From the IMG/VR virus record IMGVR_UViG_3300020469_000010: 64,000 nt of DNA; one strand, written 5' to 3'. The translations under genes were made by a program, and so were the position numbers. The notes beneath the pieces were generated by a model. The model did not search any database and had not been told where the DNA came from. It was given only the letters and a program-made list of their open reading frames with translations. The DNA is from a virus. This document shows, one piece after another, positions 27,436 to 35,803 of the stretch. The first letter of the stretch is position 1; each line of letters begins with the position of its first letter.

Positions 27436-28731
27436 ATGTCAAATAATAATAATATAGAAACATTTGCAATTTATTCAAATTATGGTAAAACTATCAATCT
27501 TCTCGGATTGGGTAGTTTGAATGAATTGATAATATATCAAAGTATGCTTGATGACACTATTAGAGCATCTTTTAAAATTAATGATACTGGAAATAGAGAT
27601 GATCTTAGTTCTTCCGCAGTTAACATAGAAGAGGAAGATGATTTAAAAATAACATCTGGCGAGAAAGTTGAACTTGTGTTAGTTGATAACCGTAAAAATA
27701 AATTAGAATTTATTGGTGAAAAAGAATTCATGGTAGAGCAAGTGGATTCTAGTGGATCAAATACGATGGTTGAGACATTTGAAATACATTTATGTACTCC
27801 TGATTATATTAAAAATTCTTTAGAATCTAGTTTTGTTATAAAACGGTATGAAGGAAAAATAAGTGACACTATTACCACAGTATTAAAAGAAGATTTAAAA
27901 ACATCAAAAGATATCGAAGTAGATACTACAGTAAATTGTCTTCCTATTTTGGGTAAAAGTGATAAACCTTTTGATTTTTGTACTTTATTAGCACCCAAAT
28001 CAGTTCCAGAAAAATTTCCACAATTGGCTGGATATTTTTTTTATGACACTTATAATGGGTACAAGTTTAAATCTATAGATATTCTTTTTTCACAATCACC
28101 AAAAAGAAAGATGATATACACAAATTCATCTACACTTCCGGCTGGTTATACGACAAAGATAGTAAATTTTCATTTTGAAAATAGTATGAATGTTATTAGA
28201 AATTTAAAAACATCTACATTATCCCAGTCAAAATTAAATACTTTTGACAATTATACGAATGAATATATTTCTGATTTGTATGATAGTAACGATACATTTT
28301 TAGAAATTAATAATGCTGGAAAAGAAAAACCTCTAATTGGTGCATATCTTAATCTTGATAAAGAGTCAAGTAGCATCTTTAATCAAATTCATAATACTGG
28401 TGTATTACCTCCAGGATCGGATTTAGTAGAACAACTAAAAACATGTAAAGAATCTACATTTAATTGTAATGAGATCGTTAGAAGATCAATCATTAGATAT
28501 AACCAAACATTCTTATTGAAAGCTCAACTTGTAATTCAGGGAGATTTTGATATCTATCCTGGTGACATAATTGAGTGTAGTTTTCCAGAAATTTCTCCAA
28601 AAGATCTAAATTTAAAGGTTTCGGAGAAGAAAAGTGGTAATTATTTGGTAGTAGATGTATCACATTTAGTAAATGCAGAACATTGTTATACTCGTCTAAA
28701 TATTGTTAGAGATACCATCATGCAAAAGTAA
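27436..28731 (+). CDS. Baseplate hub protein (gp27/late-control D-like)
   Basis: GYFFYDT..GYKFKSID, I.GD..I.PGDII, SGNYLV..V.H. Confidence 0.65.
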   Translation: MSNNNNIETFAIYSNYGKTINLLGLGSLNELIIYQSMLDDTIRASFKINDTGNRDDLSSSAVNIEEEDDLKITSGEKVELVLVDNRKNKLEFIGEKEFMVEQVDSSGSNTMVETFEIHLCTPDYIKNSLESSFVIKRYEGKISDTITTVLKEDLKTSKDIEVDTTVNCLPILGKSDKPFDFCTLLAPKSVPEKFPQLAGYFFYDTYNGYKFKSIDILFSQSPKRKMIYTNSSTLPAGYTTKIVNFHFENSMNVIRNLKTSTLSQSKLNTFDNYTNEYISDLYDSNDTFLEINNAGKEKPLIGAYLNLDKESSSIFNQIHNTGVLPPGSDLVEQLKTCKESTFNCNEIVRRSIIRYNQTFLLKAQLVIQGDFDIYPGDIIECSFPEISPKDLNLKVSEKKSGNYLVVDVSHLVNAEHCYTRLNIVRDTIMQK

Positions 28732-28961
28732 TGGAAAAATCTATCGAAGATCACATTGAAAATGATAGAAGAATCCTTCAAGACCCTACAATTTCTCCAC
28801 AAATGCGTCGGTATACTGCTGATGAACTTGAGCATCTTGAGCGTTATGCTAAAGAACATAAGAAGGATATTGAGGCAGGAGATCATCACGATCCAACAGC
28901 ATTTGAAATGTATTGCGATGAAAATCCCGAATCAGACGAATGTAGAATTTATGAGGACTAA
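28731..28961 (+). CDS. cp12: CP12 Calvin-cycle inhibitor
   Basis: SIEDHI..D..IL.DPT.SPQ.RR...EL..LE.Y...DHHDPTAFEMYCDENPESDECRIYED. Confidence 0.92.
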   Translation: MEKSIEDHIENDRRILQDPTISPQMRRYTADELEHLERYAKEHKKDIEAGDHHDPTAFEMYCDENPESDECRIYED

Positions 28962-28966
28962 AAGTT

Positions 28967-29623
28967 ATGCCAGCATTAATTTGTAATCTTCCCTCCGTTG
29001 AAGTATGGGTAAGAAAAGAATATCTAACTGACCATCAAAGTGGTCATGGTGAATTTGTAAAAGGTGTTTGGGTTTCTGCAAAATCTATCCCCGGAAGAGC
29101 ATTTTACTTTGAAACTTATCTTCCTGAGTATGGTGCAATGTATGATAAGTTGCCTATCAGTGCATTCTTATCAGACCCAGAATTACCAGATCCAGATATG
29201 AGTTTACAAAATCTTCAGTTTTGGAACTGTATGGATTATGGTGTAGTTGCTATTCAAAAGCAATTTATTGGATCTATGGACTATGAAGTTTATACTAGAG
29301 ATCATGGAACTATGCGTGGAACTTATGTTTGCACTATAGATAACTATCACCAAGATCCTGATATTGTAGATTATGCAACATCAGAAAATCCCTCAGAACA
29401 TAAATCTCACAATTTAATTGAACTTGTGAATGGGCAATATTGTTTGTATCCCAATAACAGAACTAGAATTTATGATAATAGTCTGACACCACCAGAACCC
29501 AAGATGCCAGACTTCAAAGTTTCAACGGTATACTATCAAGTTGAGAATGGTTATGATCGAATGGGATTAGGTGATCAAGAATCATATTTCTGGAAAACTG
29601 TTAAGGAAAGAGAGGAATCATGA
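28967..29623 (+). CDS. Conserved hypothetical protein
   Basis: VWVRKEYL, SIPGRAF, GAMYDKLPISAF, LQFWNC, YPNNR. Confidence 0.75.
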   Translation: MPALICNLPSVEVWVRKEYLTDHQSGHGEFVKGVWVSAKSIPGRAFYFETYLPEYGAMYDKLPISAFLSDPELPDPDMSLQNLQFWNCMDYGVVAIQKQFIGSMDYEVYTRDHGTMRGTYVCTIDNYHQDPDIVDYATSENPSEHKSHNLIELVNGQYCLYPNNRTRIYDNSLTPPEPKMPDFKVSTVYYQVENGYDRMGLGDQESYFWKTVKEREES

Positions 29624-32268
29624 ACAATCTAGGACCAGCATATCTACAAGATAATGTAAGAAAAAATGCAATGTATTGGTGGCTTGGTCAAGTTGTTGAC
29701 GAGTCTACATGGATTGGAAATGAGCAATTGCATTTGCATAGTAGAGATGCTGTTCCTGGTTGGGGTAAAAGGTATCGTGTAAGAATATTCAGTAGAGATT
29801 CAGAAGTTAAGATAGTTCCAGATGAGCAATTAGACATGGCAGATGTCGTTGTTCCAGTTACTTCTGGTTCTGGGCATGGTGGATATGGTGAAACAGTAGT
29901 CCTTGCACAAGGATCTTTTGTCATGGGATTTTATCTTGATGGTGAAGAAGGAAGACAACCTATGATTGTTGGAACACTTCCAAATAATCCACAAACTCGA
30001 TTATTTGGTGGAGATCCAGAAGATGGTTTTATTCCAAGAACTGGATTTATGGGAATAACTGGCAACAAAAAAGTTGCAACTAATGATTTGTATACTAAAC
30101 CAGATCCACATCCATGTAAAGAAGGATGTTCTGCAGATGGTGCATTAGATGATGTTAAACGACATGATCAAAAAACCGATGGTGATGTTATTGAAGTAAG
30201 AAAGAAAAATATTGAATGTGAAGGTGGTGGTGGACCAATACAAAATATTCAAGGTTTTATTCAAAAAGCATTATCGATTATTAATTTCTTAAAATCTCAA
30301 GCAAATTCTTTTTTAGGTGCTGCAACTGATTTAAAAAATAACATTCAAAACCTTGTAGATTCTACAGCATCTTTCGTTGCTTCAATGTTTAAGTTGATTG
30401 TTGGTAGAATGAGAGAGTTTGCTCTCAAAGAATTCAACAAAATTACAGCAGTTGCAGGTCAATTAATTCCACCTAATCTTAGACAAGTATTTGCAACTAA
30501 AGAATCTGAAGCTGCAGGTGGATTAGGATGTGCAATTCAAAAAATTATAGACACCTTACTTAACCTTGCTAAAGGTTTTGTTGAGAATATTGTCGATGGT
30601 TTTGTTGTTGCACCAATATGTGCAGCAGAAAAGATGGTTGGTGATATGATTGGCAATATTGTTGGTGAAATTACTGGTGCAATTGATACCGCATTAAGTG
30701 GTATTGGGGGTGTTATCGGTGCCGCGGCAGGTATCATGGATGGAGCATTTAAAGTTGTTGATTTTATTACTGGTCTTTTAAATTTCTTAAAATGTGATGA
30801 AACTCCTAACTGTAAGTATACAAACAGATGGAGTTTTTGGAATGGTGAGAATGAAGCAGCAGAAGTAAGTGATGCACTTGGTGATTTACTAAAAGAAGTT
30901 GCTGGAACTGGTGGTGGAGGAGGAGAATGCAATACTACTCAAACCCCATGTGACGCTCCAACTCTAACATTTACAAATATGCAGGATGAAGATTCTGAGA
31001 TAAGTGCAGAATGTATCGTATCTGCTGATGGTGAAGTTATGGGTTGTACATTCAGTGATACTGGAGGAAGTCTGTCTGCAACTCCAGGTGTGGTTGTTAA
31101 TCCCAATAATAATTCCGGTGCTGGAGCCCAAATTGCATTAGTTACTACTGCTGGTGGAGGAGAACCAAGCACTACCATTAAATCGGGTGGTGATGTAGAA
31201 GTTGTTGGTGCTGTTGTTCTTGATCCCGGACAGGGATATTTACAATCTCCAGATGGATCTAGTAACTTCCCAAGTGATCCAAATGATGTTATTATAACAG
31301 ATACTGATGGAAGTTCATTTGTTGTTCCACCAGGGACTGGAGTTGGTAATCCAGGTGATTTAATACAGATAAGTCAACCCAATACAGACAATACAGAGGA
31401 TGATGGACTACAACCAGTAATATATGTTCCACCAGGACTTCCACCAATACCCATTTATGATGTAGATACTGGACTAGAATTGATTACAATTATTGGAGAA
31501 GGAATTGATGTTGCAATTCCTATACCACCAAACGGATGTTTCACTTCACCATCTGTCGTATCCTCAGATCCTTCTGATATTGAAGTAGATAGTGGTGGAA
31601 TTGGTGTCCCAGGATCTACAACATTAACTGATTTGCCAGGAAATACTCCAGGAACAGTTATTGTTGGTGATATTATTGGATCTACTCCTACTAATACTAA
31701 TCTCACTGATGGTATTACTGGAGACTTTACTGACGGTGGAGTATTTGTAGAAGATGGTTCTGATGATCCTCTAGGATTACTTACACCAGTTACTCCAGGT
31801 ATTGGATTTACCGCAATAGATGGTGGAACAGGATTTGATGGTATTGGTAATAATCCAATTTCTGGAACTGGTAGTAATGGTGCTGGTGATACTAATTCCA
31901 GTCCAACTGTAGGTGGACAACCAGTAGATGTAGTTCTTGATGGATTATTCATTGAAAATGGTGGTGCAAATTATTCTCCGGGAGATGAAATTGTTATTAT
32001 ACCATCAAAAGGTGTTGAAACTGAAGCAGTATTCAATGATATAGGTCAGTTGGTGAATATAAATATACAGAACCCTGGAGGATCTTTCTTCGGAATTCCA
32101 AGAATTTTTGTAAAATCTCAAACAGGTGTTAATGCTAATATTATTCCGATATTTGGTATTAGACCAGAGAATGAAAATCCAGATGAAAGAGTTATTCAAG
32201 TCATTGGTGATAGAATTATCAGTGTTATTGACTGCGTAGGAACATTACCTAGACCTTTACAGAGATAA
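29620..32268 (+). CDS. gp5: Baseplate hub / tail spike gp5 (OB-fold N-terminus)
   Basis: WWLGQVV, RYRVRI, V.GFYLDGEE.RQPMIVG; no T4 lysozyme motif recognised. Confidence 0.75.
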   Translation: MNNLGPAYLQDNVRKNAMYWWLGQVVDESTWIGNEQLHLHSRDAVPGWGKRYRVRIFSRDSEVKIVPDEQLDMADVVVPVTSGSGHGGYGETVVLAQGSFVMGFYLDGEEGRQPMIVGTLPNNPQTRLFGGDPEDGFIPRTGFMGITGNKKVATNDLYTKPDPHPCKEGCSADGALDDVKRHDQKTDGDVIEVRKKNIECEGGGGPIQNIQGFIQKALSIINFLKSQANSFLGAATDLKNNIQNLVDSTASFVASMFKLIVGRMREFALKEFNKITAVAGQLIPPNLRQVFATKESEAAGGLGCAIQKIIDTLLNLAKGFVENIVDGFVVAPICAAEKMVGDMIGNIVGEITGAIDTALSGIGGVIGAAAGIMDGAFKVVDFITGLLNFLKCDETPNCKYTNRWSFWNGENEAAEVSDALGDLLKEVAGTGGGGGECNTTQTPCDAPTLTFTNMQDEDSEISAECIVSADGEVMGCTFSDTGGSLSATPGVVVNPNNNSGAGAQIALVTTAGGGEPSTTIKSGGDVEVVGAVVLDPGQGYLQSPDGSSNFPSDPNDVIITDTDGSSFVVPPGTGVGNPGDLIQISQPNTDNTEDDGLQPVIYVPPGLPPIPIYDVDTGLELITIIGEGIDVAIPIPPNGCFTSPSVVSSDPSDIEVDSGGIGVPGSTTLTDLPGNTPGTVIVGDIIGSTPTNTNLTDGITGDFTDGGVFVEDGSDDPLGLLTPVTPGIGFTAIDGGTGFDGIGNNPISGTGSNGAGDTNSSPTVGGQPVDVVLDGLFIENGGANYSPGDEIVIIPSKGVETEAVFNDIGQLVNINIQNPGGSFFGIPRIFVKSQTGVNANIIPIFGIRPENENPDERVIQVIGDRIISVIDCVGTLPRPLQR

Positions 32269-32271
32269 TTT

Positions 32272-32856
32272 ATGGCCGAGTTGGAACACGTTCAATATGT
32301 AAAAAGTCATCCGTTTGGCAATCTTGAAATGGGTCAAGAATGTCTTGATGGTGTCATCACAGGCATAGGATTACAAGGAAGAAATTCAATTCATTACATA
32401 CACTTGGATGCAACAGGTGTCCGTGAAGGATGGACTTTAATGAGAAATCCTGGTGTTTTTGAGATTAAATGTGGAGATACGGTTAATCCACAATCTACTG
32501 CAATTGATATTGAAGCATTAAATGGTGATATTAGATTAACTGCATCTAATGGCAGAATTATCCTGAGTGCCAAAGATATTGACATTATGGCAAATGGGGA
32601 GGATAATACTAGAGGTCATATCAAGATAGAGGCAAATCAAGATATAAAGTGTAAAGCAAGTGGGTCTTTTGATTTAATTGCAGATACTGGATATCGATTA
32701 TATACTCCACATGTTGGTAAAATTATTGCCAATACCGAATTATTCATGGTATCAAATTTTATAAAAGGTTTAACGGTAGCATCTTCATCTTTGATAGGAA
32801 AAACTGATCCAATGACCACTGTACAATTCATGTCTTTTTCAAATTACGTTTCTTAA
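32272..32856 (+). CDS. gp5 C-terminal-like beta-helix spike protein
   Basis: IDIEALNGDIRLTASNGRIILSAKDIDI repeats; follows gp5. Confidence 0.55.
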   Translation: MAELEHVQYVKSHPFGNLEMGQECLDGVITGIGLQGRNSIHYIHLDATGVREGWTLMRNPGVFEIKCGDTVNPQSTAIDIEALNGDIRLTASNGRIILSAKDIDIMANGEDNTRGHIKIEANQDIKCKASGSFDLIADTGYRLYTPHVGKIIANTELFMVSNFIKGLTVASSSLIGKTDPMTTVQFMSFSNYVS

Positions 32857-32858
32857 TT

Positions 32859-33635
32859 ATGTCACTTTCATTCGATGATTTAACAATTCAACATCAACTT
32901 TGGGTTGGTGCTGGTGTAATGCCAGTATTTGGTCTTGGTCCTGCAAAAGTTCGTGGTGCTGTTTACATTGAAGGTCCAGAGATGGTTGGAGCTCCACACC
33001 CATTCGTAACTGGATGTGTAATGATCGGACCTCTAATAAATACCGATTCTCCAACACCATTTATTCCTGGTGGATTTTGTTATGGTGCTCCTAGTAATCC
33101 ATTCTCATTATCAGTAGCTGGTAGTACGGCAATAATGGGTAGCTTAGAAACTGCTGGGGATGTTACTGTCGGAGGTAATTTAAAGGTTCAGGGTCTAGTT
33201 CTTGGTAGTTGTGGTGGTCATTTACTACAAATTAAAAAGAATTTTGATATTCCACACCCATCAAAAGAAGGTTGGAGACTCAGACATACTTGTCCTGAGG
33301 GACCATCTAATGATGTATACATCAGAGGCAGAGTAACGGGTAAAAGAGCAATTAATCTACCATCTTATTGGAAAGATTTTGTTGATGTTAGAACAATTAC
33401 GGTTAACTTGACTCCCGTTGGAGCATATCAACGTGTTATAATAAAGAGGATTGATGAAGACAAAATATATCTCCAGTCACAAGGAGATATGCCAATAGAT
33501 TGTTTTTATCACATCTTTGCCGAAAGGAAAGATGGTGAAAAATTAATACCAGAATATCCCGGAGAATCTCCAGAAGATTATCCAGGTGATAACAGTGGGT
33601 ATTCAATTGCTGGTTATAATTATGATGTTCGTTAA
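32859..33635 (+). CDS. Virion structural protein
   Basis: KNFDIPHPSK...LRHTCPEGP..DVYIRGR...LP.YW domain. Confidence 0.65.
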   Translation: MSLSFDDLTIQHQLWVGAGVMPVFGLGPAKVRGAVYIEGPEMVGAPHPFVTGCVMIGPLINTDSPTPFIPGGFCYGAPSNPFSLSVAGSTAIMGSLETAGDVTVGGNLKVQGLVLGSCGGHLLQIKKNFDIPHPSKEGWRLRHTCPEGPSNDVYIRGRVTGKRAINLPSYWKDFVDVRTITVNLTPVGAYQRVIIKRIDEDKIYLQSQGDMPIDCFYHIFAERKDGEKLIPEYPGESPEDYPGDNSGYSIAGYNYDVR

Positions 33636-33645
33636 GGAGAATTAA

Positions 33646-34305
33646 ATGTCAGTAGATGAATCGCAATTAAAATTTGTACCGGGTAATCACGATAGTAAAA
33701 ACTGTGATGGTGCAATAACAGGAGTAAAACATCCTAGTTATGATTATATTCGGAGATCTCACTCCGGAGATGATGATGAGTATGAAGAGTTTAATGATTG
33801 TCCATTATATTTGCAAGTAAATGGAAAGTTTGACAATCTTCAGGTCACTAACAGAGTTACTGCTCCAACTTTTAGGGGAAGTATTAATGTTCAGTCTTGG
33901 AAAGGATTTGATATTAAGCATCCTAATAAAGATAATCATCGTCTTAGACATATCTGTTTAGAAGGTCCAGAGGCAGGTGTATATGTTCGTGGAAGACTTA
34001 CTGATCAAAATTCAATTACTCTTCCAGAATATTGGAAGGGTTTGATTGATCCAGAATCAATCACAGTAACTTTGACTCAAATTGGATCTTCTCAAGATTT
34101 AATTGTAGATAGTATTGAATGGGGATCAGTAATTAAAATTAAGTCTGGAAATGCTTCTAGAATTGATTGCTACTATGTAATACAAGCTTCTAGAATTGAT
34201 GGTGAACCTTTAATCGTTGAATATGAAGGTGAAACACCAGAAGAATATCCAGGCAGCAAAGACCAATTTTCTATTTCAGGTTTTGATTATGGGAGGAATA
34301 ACTAA
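33646..34305 (+). CDS. Virion structural protein (paralog of upstream gene)
   Basis: KGFDIKHPNK...LRHICLEGPE..VYVRGR...LPEYW. Confidence 0.65.
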   Translation: MSVDESQLKFVPGNHDSKNCDGAITGVKHPSYDYIRRSHSGDDDEYEEFNDCPLYLQVNGKFDNLQVTNRVTAPTFRGSINVQSWKGFDIKHPNKDNHRLRHICLEGPEAGVYVRGRLTDQNSITLPEYWKGLIDPESITVTLTQIGSSQDLIVDSIEWGSVIKIKSGNASRIDCYYVIQASRIDGEPLIVEYEGETPEEYPGSKDQFSISGFDYGRNN

Positions 34306-34733
34306 TGGCAGGAACAACTAACAGTTATAGAGTTTTTATTGACAATTCTGCACTTGTAGGTCAAGAAACTATTGCTGGTATCCAAACTCAGGGTTTTGAG
34401 TATGGTATTTATGTCAGTAATGATCTCGAAACTAATGATGTAGATGCATCCGCTATAACTGCGAATAGTGTTAGTGCTAACACTTTGAGTGGTAATTTAA
34501 CTGCTACTAATGTTAGTACAAATAATTTAAGTGTATCTGGAAATATTACTGGTAATTTAAATTTAAATGGAAATGTAACAGGTTCATTTTCTGGATCTGT
34601 TCGTGCAACTGGTGCCGCACCTAATTCAAGTACATCATCTGGCACAACTGGAGATATTAGGGTATCCAGTGGGTTCATCTATGTTTGTGTTGCTCCCAAT
34701 ACCTGGGAGAGAGCAGAGTTGACTACCTTCTAA
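34305..34733 (+). CDS. Small fibre-like structural protein
   Basis: Ser/Thr/Asn beta repeats; C-terminal GTTGDIR...IYVCVAPNTWER. Confidence 0.6.
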   Translation: MAGTTNSYRVFIDNSALVGQETIAGIQTQGFEYGIYVSNDLETNDVDASAITANSVSANTLSGNLTATNVSTNNLSVSGNITGNLNLNGNVTGSFSGSVRATGAAPNSSTSSGTTGDIRVSSGFIYVCVAPNTWERAELTTF

Positions 34734-34737
34734 AGGC

Positions 34738-34766
34738 TTGACAAGGAGACCCGATTGCCCTATAAT
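34738..34766 (+). promoter_or_regulatory. Sigma70 promoter
   Basis: TTGACA-17-TATAAT, perfect consensus. Confidence 0.8.
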
Positions 34767-34790
34767 ACATGGGTACAACGGGTCAGACCC

Positions 34791-34979
34791 ATGGAAGACT
34801 ATCTAGACAGTGTGCTCATCGACATGAATCAAAGACAGTTCAAACTGTTCTCAACCTCAGGTGATGAAAAAGTTGTTCCTTGCGAAACTGTTGAGCAGTT
34901 TATGTCTGTTCTAAATGTCGTTCGTGATCAAGTAGACGAAGAAAATATCTTTTATGTTGACTCATTTGTAAATGTATGA
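34791..34979 (+). CDS. Hypothetical cyanophage protein
   Basis: MEDYLDSV...CETVEQFMSVL; start placed downstream of the promoter. Confidence 0.65.
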   Translation: MEDYLDSVLIDMNQRQFKLFSTSGDEKVVPCETVEQFMSVLNVVRDQVDEENIFYVDSFVNV

Positions 34980-35428
34980 TCGATGATTTCATTGTAAAAC
35001 TGAAAGGTAAATACAATAATTGGTTGCAAGCAGCATCTAGTCCTAGAGACTATTCGCATGTACACATTATTTGGGACCAAATTGGTGACAATGAACTCAC
35101 AATCAAACAATGGTATGATCATGAAGGTGAATCAAACCCATATAGAACAAGATGGCACAAAATTTTGGAAAACCAAAATTCCATAATTGTTGAAAATTGG
35201 GAAGAAAACTGGAAAGAACACCATAACCAATACGATATGATGTTTACATTAAATAATAACTTTTATAAAGGAAAACTAATCCATGAGAATCCAACTGTGA
35301 GAGAAAATACAATATTAAAAAGTTTTGTTGAATTCAACGGAGATAAGTATCGAAGTAGAGATCAAGGATGGAGAGGTAATGAACTTATATGGGGTTCAAT
35401 GCTAATATATGAACTCCAAAAAGAGTAA
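34976..35428 (+). CDS. cpeT: CpeT/CpcT-like phycobiliprotein lyase
   Basis: G.YNNW.QA...P..YSHV, QWY.....PYR, SRDQGW....IWGS. Confidence 0.8.
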   Translation: MIDDFIVKLKGKYNNWLQAASSPRDYSHVHIIWDQIGDNELTIKQWYDHEGESNPYRTRWHKILENQNSIIVENWEENWKEHHNQYDMMFTLNNNFYKGKLIHENPTVRENTILKSFVEFNGDKYRSRDQGWRGNELIWGSMLIYELQKE

Positions 35429-35441
35429 AGTTAAACCTCTT

Positions 35442-35529
35442 GCGAGTGAGACTTGGTAGTCAGAGAGGATTTATAATCCTTTTCCGCCAGATTAGCGGCT
35501 TTGAGGTGGTTCAAATCCACCCACTCGTA
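35442..35529 (+). tRNA. Atypical tRNA-Ile(UAU) with long variable arm
   Basis: Acceptor GCGAGTG/CACTCGT, D GACT/AGTC, anticodon loop TTTATAA, variable CCGC/GCGG, T arm GGTGG-TTCAAAT-CCACC. Confidence 0.65.
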
Positions 35530-35532
35530 TTC

Positions 35533-35670
35533 GACAGGGAATGAGCTCGCCTGCGACGGTGTTAACCACACTGTGATCTAGAGAGTTGGTTACTTTCTTC
35601 TTGCTCCATTACAAACTGTTAGTATACTGGGTGTTGTGAATGCCCATATAGCATACTGATAAGTGTGATG
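35533..35670 (+). ncRNA. Candidate structured ncRNA between two tRNAs
   Basis: Several hairpins with complementary loops (TAACC / GGTTA); no ORF. Confidence 0.5.
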
Positions 35671-35674
35671 TTAA

Positions 35675-35748
35675 GCCCGTGTAATCCAATTGGCAGAGAT
35701 AGTTGACTTAAAATCAATACAGTGTCGGTTCGAGTCCGACCACGGGTA
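35675..35748 (+). tRNA. tRNA-Leu(UAA), short variable region
   Basis: Acceptor GCCCGTG/CACGGGT; anticodon arm GTTGA-CTTAAAA-TCAAT; T arm GTCGG-TTCGAGT-CCGAC. Confidence 0.88.
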
Positions 35749-35803
35749 TTCTGCTAGAAATGGTTGACTAAATAGACCTATAGGAATTTAACGCGTTAAT
35801 ACA

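Noticed and set aside
21659-31952. Long antisense ORFs (e.g. 21659-22150, 24745-25281, 31455-31952)
   Set aside because: Pro/Ser-rich shadows of Gly-rich sense genes, with no motifs or RBS
35675-35748. Group I intron in tRNA-Leu(UAA)
   Set aside because: Anticodon loop is contiguous
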